From: the human T2T-CHM13v2.0 reference genome, Homo sapiens
NCBI RefSeq assembly: GCF_009914755.1
Contig: NC_060929.1
Direction: 5' to 3' (one strand)
DNA: 64,000 nucleotides
Positions 58,001 through 64,000 of the stretch are shown one piece after another. Under the pieces are notes generated by a model. That model was given only the letters and a program-made list of their open reading frames with translations. It did no database searches and was not told where the DNA came from. The translations under genes were made by a program, and so were the position numbers. Position 1 is the first letter of the stretch, and each line of letters begins with the position of its first letter.

Positions 58001-59894
58001 CTTGATATATAATATACAAAGGCTCCCTGTAGAGGAGAAGGCTGCACATATAGAAACTTAGAGCATGAATTAGGAGATATGCAACCCACTGCATGCCTAC
58101 CGCCTAGTAAATAATACTCTATTTTGTACATCACTTGGATTTTATCAAATGTAAATTTTAAAATTACCTTTGGTTGGTTGGATTGTCTATTCATTTTATG
58201 CTTCTTTGCAGTCTCATCTGAAAAATAGTCAAGAAAACAAATGATCACAGTTTATATATATGTATACATATGAAGTCATATAGATATTGCTTCATTTAAA
58301 ATATTGCTATTAACATGATTCCTTAAAATGCCAGAGATTCCATAAAACCCCAGTACAATGTATCCTAGGTCTCAGCACCCACGGGGTTAAATATGCTAAT
58401 TTGCATTCAAATGGAGACATGCATGATAATGTGAATGCAAAATATGCAGAATCTGGAGGGGTTTGAGAAATTAATTTTTCTTTCTTCTTTTCTTTTATTT
58501 TTAGCTTGGAAGGAAGAGGGACTCTTAAAAAAACATTAGGGACTTGAACCTTGTAACCTGCCATACAAAAGAGGAGAGTCCTTCCATGTAAGGATTTTAA
58601 GTCTGGAACAAAGTCTTATTTTCTAAATGTTTAAGGAACTGAATTTCCAGGCCTTTCGAACAATGGCAATCCCTGGATAAATATCTACTCCATTAGAAAG
58701 ATGCAAATAGTTTACTGTAAGGCCACAGCACCGTGAGATGTGCATTCATATCTATGGCTCCTGATTGGCTCTTTCCTCCAGTAAATCAATGAATAATGTA
58801 AAACCTGATTGCTGTAAAGTGGTGGATTTTTGAAAATTTCCCTTCCCCCATTCCCTCTCGATCCAACATTCAGGAATTCAATACTCCCCAAAATAGGTTG
58901 TTTTTCTTTTATGATTTTTTAATGCTTATTGTTATTTTGGACTGGAGGGGTGGGGCTATTGGTTTTGCAAAATGAAAGTATTGCCCTGGTTTAATTATGC
59001 TGACTGTGGGAGCTCGCTTCCTGAGACAGCGCCCTAATTACCGGTGCCAAGGTGGAGAAAGGAGGGTGGTAGACAGAGGTGGACACCAAGAAAGGGAGGA
59101 AACGGAACCCGACTCTGCGGTGCTGGGCCCAAGGCAGCCACAGCTCCAAAGGGGCCCCCGGCCGTGGCCGTGACTTGACAGAGCCTCCGGTCTAACTTCT
59201 GATCAATTCCACTGCTCTCCTGACCCCTCAAGACAGTCCCCCATTCAAGCACCGCGGGTACATTTGCAAGATAAAACGCCGCAGACACTAATGCAAATAC
59301 ATTGCCCGAGTTCCCATCACCCTGGGTTCCTGCAGATAATTCCAGACCACAGAAAGGAGTTCTTGCCTTCCTCAGCCGGGTCTAGACTCTAAGCAAACCG
59401 CAAAGACCTAGCTCCGTTTGGATACCAGAAGCGTCTTAAGCTGAACCGCTCCAAGTACCAATAACTAACCATGATGGTTGCATCTTGATGAATCTGAACT
59501 TGGGATAACCCTGTAAAGCGGCCTCTCACCTCCCAAAATTCAAAAGGCAAAGAGAAAAGGGAAGTGGAAAGCCACCAGATCTACTTAGCTACTGTACTAA
59601 GTTTTCCACCAAAATCTAATCAGACCCTCGCTTCCTTGCCAGGTAATTGCAACTTTGGGGCGGTTAAAGGGAGGCGAATTCTTCAAAATGCGAATTCGAA
59701 TACAGAAGTGCAAAATACAAGTGCATTTTGCTCTAGGTTTAAAAGGGAAAAGCCCCCCCAAACACACCACCACCACCACCACCACAAAATTACATACAAA
59801 AATTCCCTTTTCCAACGCGAAGATTTCCTGGCATCTCTCTGCGATTGGGGGTCAAGCCGCTGGATAATTAACAGTACTGGCTAAGAAAACTCAC

Positions 59895-59935
59895 GAGATC
59901 AACAGGTTTAACATCCGAGGCACACAATCAATTAG
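59895..59935 (-). other. Candidate 41-nt micro-exon
   Basis: Acceptor GCTTTGCTTCAG| and donor CTC|GTGAGT. Confidence 0.35.
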
Positions 59936-60230
59936 CTGAAGCAAAGCCCCGGACTGGCCCTCGGAGCGGCCCGCAGCGGGACTCTGCGGGCACCGGCTAG
60001 CGGGCGAGGTGAGGAGTGCGGGCGCGGGGCCGCGGCGGGCACTGCTGGCCTCGCGCCGCGGGCGAGCTGCAGCCTGAGGGCCGCCACGATACTCACTTGA
60101 TCTCCCTGCGCCAGGCAATGCTGCCCCCCAAATCCAGCTGGGCAGGAACCGAGGCGCCGGCTGAAAGACAAGATCCAAAGTCACAGCACGGCCGCAGCAC
60201 ACAAACAGGCTTCTTTCGGCGTCTCCAAAA
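59900..60230. promoter_or_regulatory. CpG island segment
   Basis: Very high CpG/GC density. Confidence 0.8.
60097..60160 (-). other. Candidate 64-nt internal exon (donor may also serve a first exon starting further upstream)
   Basis: Acceptor TCTTGTCTTTCAG| and donor CAA|GTGAGT. Confidence 0.55.
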
Positions 60231-61239
60231 AAAAAAAAAAAAATGTTTTTCTCATCATTCCTCTCCCCTGCTCAACACATTTAAAACTGCCGCTCAATTC
60301 CACATGGTGATTCTTGGTTGATTGCGTCTAAAATAGTTTAAATGGGTCTTCCCTTCTGGGGAGAGGGAGAAGGGCGCAAAAGACCAAGGAGTAAAAAAAA
60401 AGCCAACTTTTACCCCCCATGCCAGGCACTTGCTCCCTGAGCCTCGGAGTGGAGAGTGAAGTGGTGTGTGCGAGGCTTGGCAAGTTTTTGGGGGGGCTGT
60501 CCAAGGTCTAGTCCAGCCCCCTCTGCCGAGGAGGACGTGCTCTGAAACTCAACCAATTTCCCCACTGCTTTTGTTACTGATGAACTGAAGCCCTATTGTT
60601 CATCCATTGCCACGGTCTTTTTCAGTCCCCACACTACGTTCTGCGTTGCCAGAGATAATGAATTTGCACCCAAACCTCTCATAGTCCCCTCCTGACAGAC
60701 GGAACAAATTAGAAATGTCTCGTCTGAAGGAAGGCAATGGCTACATTTTCCTATTGTAGGATGCAAAGCACACATTTCTTTGGAAACTTCTTTTGCTTTT
60801 TTCTTTTTTTTAAAATCCTTTTCTTCTCTTTTTCTTTTTTCCTCCAGTTTTTTTTTCTCTCTCTTGGTTTCTTAAGATTCTTCTTTTTTTTTTATTACAG
60901 AATCTCCCTGTCGTTTTTCCAATGCACTGTTTTATGTAACTTGTGAGTCTTCCTAACCTTCTTCCCCTTCTTTCCTCTCCTTTCTTAAGGACTCCCTTTG
61001 CAATTTTATTTACAAACTTGGAGAATGACCTTTTGACTCGCAGACTTTTTTTTTTTTAAAGGTCTTTTGGTTCAAGTCCCCCTTCTTCACTCCTCCCCGT
61101 TTGTGTCGTGGTTGTTAAATGTGTTTAGCTAAAGACAAGCAATGCATTCTAAAGAATTTTATTCTCTAAACTCTAGAGGTATTCTAAATGTACCAGGGAC
61201 GCGCCATAGGGGTCATCTATTTGAGGAGGAAGAAAAAGC

Positions 61240-61241
<2 letters not shown>

Positions 61242-61284
<43 letters not shown>

Positions 61285-61295
61285 CGCGCGCGCGT
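61242..61295. repeat. (GT)17(GC)9 compound microsatellite
   Basis: 54 bp of uninterrupted purine-pyrimidine alternation. Confidence 0.97.
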
Positions 61296-63108
61296 CTGCC
61301 TTCCACGGAAAGAGAGACGGAGAGATGTGGGAGGGTGGGGGTGGAAGTATGCAGACAGAGAAGGGTGGGGGCTTCGAGGGGAAGGTGGGCTTCCTGCAAC
61401 ACAAGCGGAGAGGCTGTCAGGGGTGTGGGCACGGGGGTGCGGGGAGGCGGTGCAGGAATCCGTCCCGCCGAGTGCCGTCGGCCCCTGTGGGCCTGTTTGC
61501 GCGCCTGGGGCTGGCCGCATTCTGGGCGCGGGTGTCTGCGTGCCGGGGTGGTAGTTCCGAGCCTGCGCGCGTGCGACCGGGTACGGGAGGGGGAAGAGTG
61601 CCGTAAAAATTCAGACGAGTGGCCCGTATGTAAATGCAGCCCGCGGGGAGCAGGGAGGCGGTAATGACAGCCGCTGGCGCTCAGCCCCGCCGGCGGCCCC
61701 TAGCTTTCCCGCCAAGTGCAGCCGGAGGACAGACAGCCATGCGTGTCCTTGGCGGGAGAGCCCCCACCCGCCGCGCGCGCCCGACCCCCGCGCACACGCA
61801 CACACTCCCCTCGCAGGCGTGGGGCCCAATGGCCACGAACATGTCAGGAAAACAAAGCTGGGGCTGCGAGGTGGAACGATGAAACGGCACACTTGGCGGC
61901 CGAGGGCAGAGCGGAGAAGTCGCCACCACAGCCACCGGCGCCCCTTTCTTGCCTGCTCGTAGATCTGCCCTCCGGCCCAGAAGAGGCCGAGGACCATTTC
62001 TTAGCTGCCCCAGAGGAGGGGGCGAGCAGAGGAGGGGGCGGATGTGCACAGGGAGGTGCCAGCGGTCCGGTGCGCGGGCACGCACACGCCGGCGCGCAGG
62101 GCTGCCGCGGGCGGAAGGAGGGGAATGACAAGGCCTCGGCCGCGTCTCGGAGAGGCACTACCTCCGCGCTGAGGCCGCTGAGTTTCAAGTGCAAAACACC
62201 AGGCCAAATCCGGCAAGGCGGCGGCTACAGAATGGCTCACACTTCAAGCCTCCTTCCTCAAACAATCCGATGGGAAGGACCTGGCTGTTCAGGGGAAGCC
62301 TTTGCTGGCCTCTCTTTTTACATGGGGTGAAGTCGAACCCCAATCTAGGAGCCCTGGCCTAGATGGCTCCGCAGATGAGTCCCAGACGTGGCCATGGAAA
62401 GACTGATCTCTCTCTGCTCAGAGCGCCTGCCTCGGTGCTCACTAGCGCAAGCACCTCCCAACACACATACATACATACACACACACACACAACACAGCAC
62501 TCCCATCACATTAAAACGCGCGCTCATGATCCTGCCGTTAATGAAGCCGAGGCGCATAATGAGTGCACAGGTAAATAGGTACCGAAACCAGAAGACTTCA
62601 CCAGTCGGCTGGGCGATTTACCTCTCCCTACAGGGAGCACTTGTAGTTATCGTGTTTTAGGAGTGATTTGCTGTTGTCTGTGGTCTCTCGCTCCTCTTCT
62701 TGTGGAGAGAAGCCAAAAAATATATATGTTCCGTGGTCAGAGTCTTCTTTCTGATAAGCTACCCGAGCATTGGTCTAAAACATCTGTTTTATCTGTTGAT
62801 TTTGGTTTGTTGTTTTGGGGAGTGTTGCTTTTCTGAGGGAAGCAAAAGAACGTGTGTGTGGTGGGGCTGGAAGCTCAGGGCAAGAGTCTGCGTGTGCGGC
62901 CGGAAGGCTGGCGAGTCTGAGAGCCGCGCGGTGCAGAAAGAAGGCGGCGGCTTGTCCTCCCCCGGGGCCGGCACTGGTCCCTTGGCACCCCGGCCTGGGC
63001 TCGGCTACTGCCGCCGCCGCCCGCGCTCTCGGGCTCCGCCGGCTGCCGCTCCGTGTTTTCCCCCATCCCGGCTTCACGTTCAAGGTTTAGCTGCGAGGTC
63101 ACGTCCAT

Positions 63109-63116
63109 TGACGTCA
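63109..63116. promoter_or_regulatory. Full palindromic CRE
   Basis: TGACGTCA inside a CpG island; CREB regulation of miR-9-2 is reported, but I cannot confirm this is the mapped site. Confidence 0.65.
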
Positions 63117-63183
63117 GCTCCCTGTCTCCCTCTACGTCCGGCTACATTTACATACATCAAGGAAATTAGGGCATTAAAAAAAT

Positions 63184-63191
63184 ATGCAAAT
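63184..63191 (+). promoter_or_regulatory. Octamer (POU) motif
   Basis: ATGCAAAT about 70 bp from the CRE. Confidence 0.5.
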
Positions 63192-63457
63192 CCTGCGCGA
63201 AGAGGAGCGGGTGCATTCCTGGCGCGATCGCCTTTTATTGAAGCTTTTAATTAAAGGGGCCAGTTGGCGAGCCCCTGAAACAACCGCCAAAACCCCCCAA
63301 AAGAGAAAAATAAACGCTGTAGCCTTCGAGAACGGTTGTTTCGGCTCCTGTTCTGTGGGCGGCTGAGGACCGCCGGCTGCCCGGCTCGGAGAAGAACAGG
63401 TTAGAGGAGGCAGCTCCAGCCCATGCATAATCAGGGCTCCGCGGCGCCTCCATTCTT

Positions 63458-63572
63458 TCCTCCTCCTCCTCCTCCTCCTCCTCCTCCTCCTCCTCCTCCT
63501 CCTCCTCCTCCTCCTCCTCCTCTTCCACCTCTCCTCCTCCTCCTCCTTCTCCTCCACCTCCTCCTCCTCTTC
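63458..63572. repeat. (TCC)21 pure repeat plus imperfect polypyrimidine extension
   Basis: Pure TCC 63458-63520, degenerate to ~63572. Confidence 0.97.
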
Positions 63573-64000
63573 TTGCTCTCGCTCCTGTTGGTTCCAGCGT
63601 GTATTATTTTTAATACTGATGCATATGTAAAGGTATATTTGCATTTTTTAATTTGCGAGAATTTCAGATTTTGTCATTTTATTGGTTCCCTTTCCCTCTT
63701 TTTTTTTTTGGAGGATTTTTATTGTTGTTATTTTATTATGTCTATGTGTCTCTCTTGTCCCTTTCTGTCTTTTTTGGCGAGTGTCTGCTGCTGTCTCTTG
63801 CTAGATAATATACACAGTTACCTCCCTGCTTCTGTTTATTTAAGGTTACAAATATGCACATCTGTCATGTATGCAATGCCAGCTGTATAACCTCCTGGTT
63901 TGGTCATAAAGGAAAATACACATTTTTTTTTCTTTCTTGACATACCTTGATGGGCTGTAGTGCCCATCGCTCAAGGCTCAAAGTTTGATTGTCTAATTAA

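Larger units (their letters stand above)
61200..63450. promoter_or_regulatory. Large CpG island / promoter region
   Basis: Dense CpG, GC boxes, CCAAT, CRE, octamer; upstream of the miRNA on the minus strand. Confidence 0.88.
51576..64000 (-). ncRNA. LINC00461: MIR9-2 host lncRNA (pri-miR-9-2), short isoform region; longer isoforms probably span the whole window
   Basis: Identity inferred from the MIR9-2 hairpin (established host gene). Minus-strand splice signals, poly(A) signal and upstream CpG islands are consistent. Exact TSSs not determinable. Confidence 0.8.

Noticed and set aside
51888-59265. REST/RE1 site candidates (51888 AGCACC-cct-GGACA, 58372 TCAGCACC, 59025 GACAGCGCC, 59119 GGTGCTG)
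   Set aside because: Only half-sites or non-canonical spacing; no full 21-bp RE1 found by eye, although REST regulation of miR-9-2 is reported.
60328-60336. MEF2-like CTAAAATAG
   Set aside because: One base short of the YTA(A/T)4TAR consensus.
61142-63254. Long ORFs (154-204 aa) in the promoter island
   Set aside because: Many overlapping frames on both strands, microsatellite-derived runs, no recognisable domain.
63174-63890. Poly-Glu, poly-Arg and poly-Pro ORFs
   Set aside because: Translations of the (TCC)n repeat; flanking residues show no protein-like features.

Overview
Human (primate) genomic DNA with no intact protein-coding gene. The anchor is a full 87-nt MIR9-2 hairpin on the minus strand (53984-54070; miR-9-5p 54033-54055, miR-9-3p 53997-54018). 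From knowledge, this places the window in the MIR9-2 host lncRNA locus LINC00461/MIR9-2HG (5q14.3, next to MEF2C). Bases 1-42 kb are repeat-rich: a full-length SVA and a full-length dead L1PA6/7-type element (both with TSDs) nested in an old L1M, about 15 Alus, ERVL and MaLR remnants, hAT MITEs, a tailless U6 retrocopy and several local duplications. Bases 42-64 kb lack any transposon I can recognise. They hold CpG islands, a predicted ~3.1-kb terminal exon carrying the miRNA, candidate micro-exons, CRE/octamer/RBPJ/MEF2 motifs and non-B-DNA tracts. I found no clearly new biological system. The best leads are an RBPJ-motif cluster bracketing the hairpin, a chain of small cassette exons, an open and extended L1 ORF0, and an orphan CpG island downstream of the poly(A) site. 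All counts and alignments were done by eye; subfamily names and gene identity beyond the hairpin come from recall.
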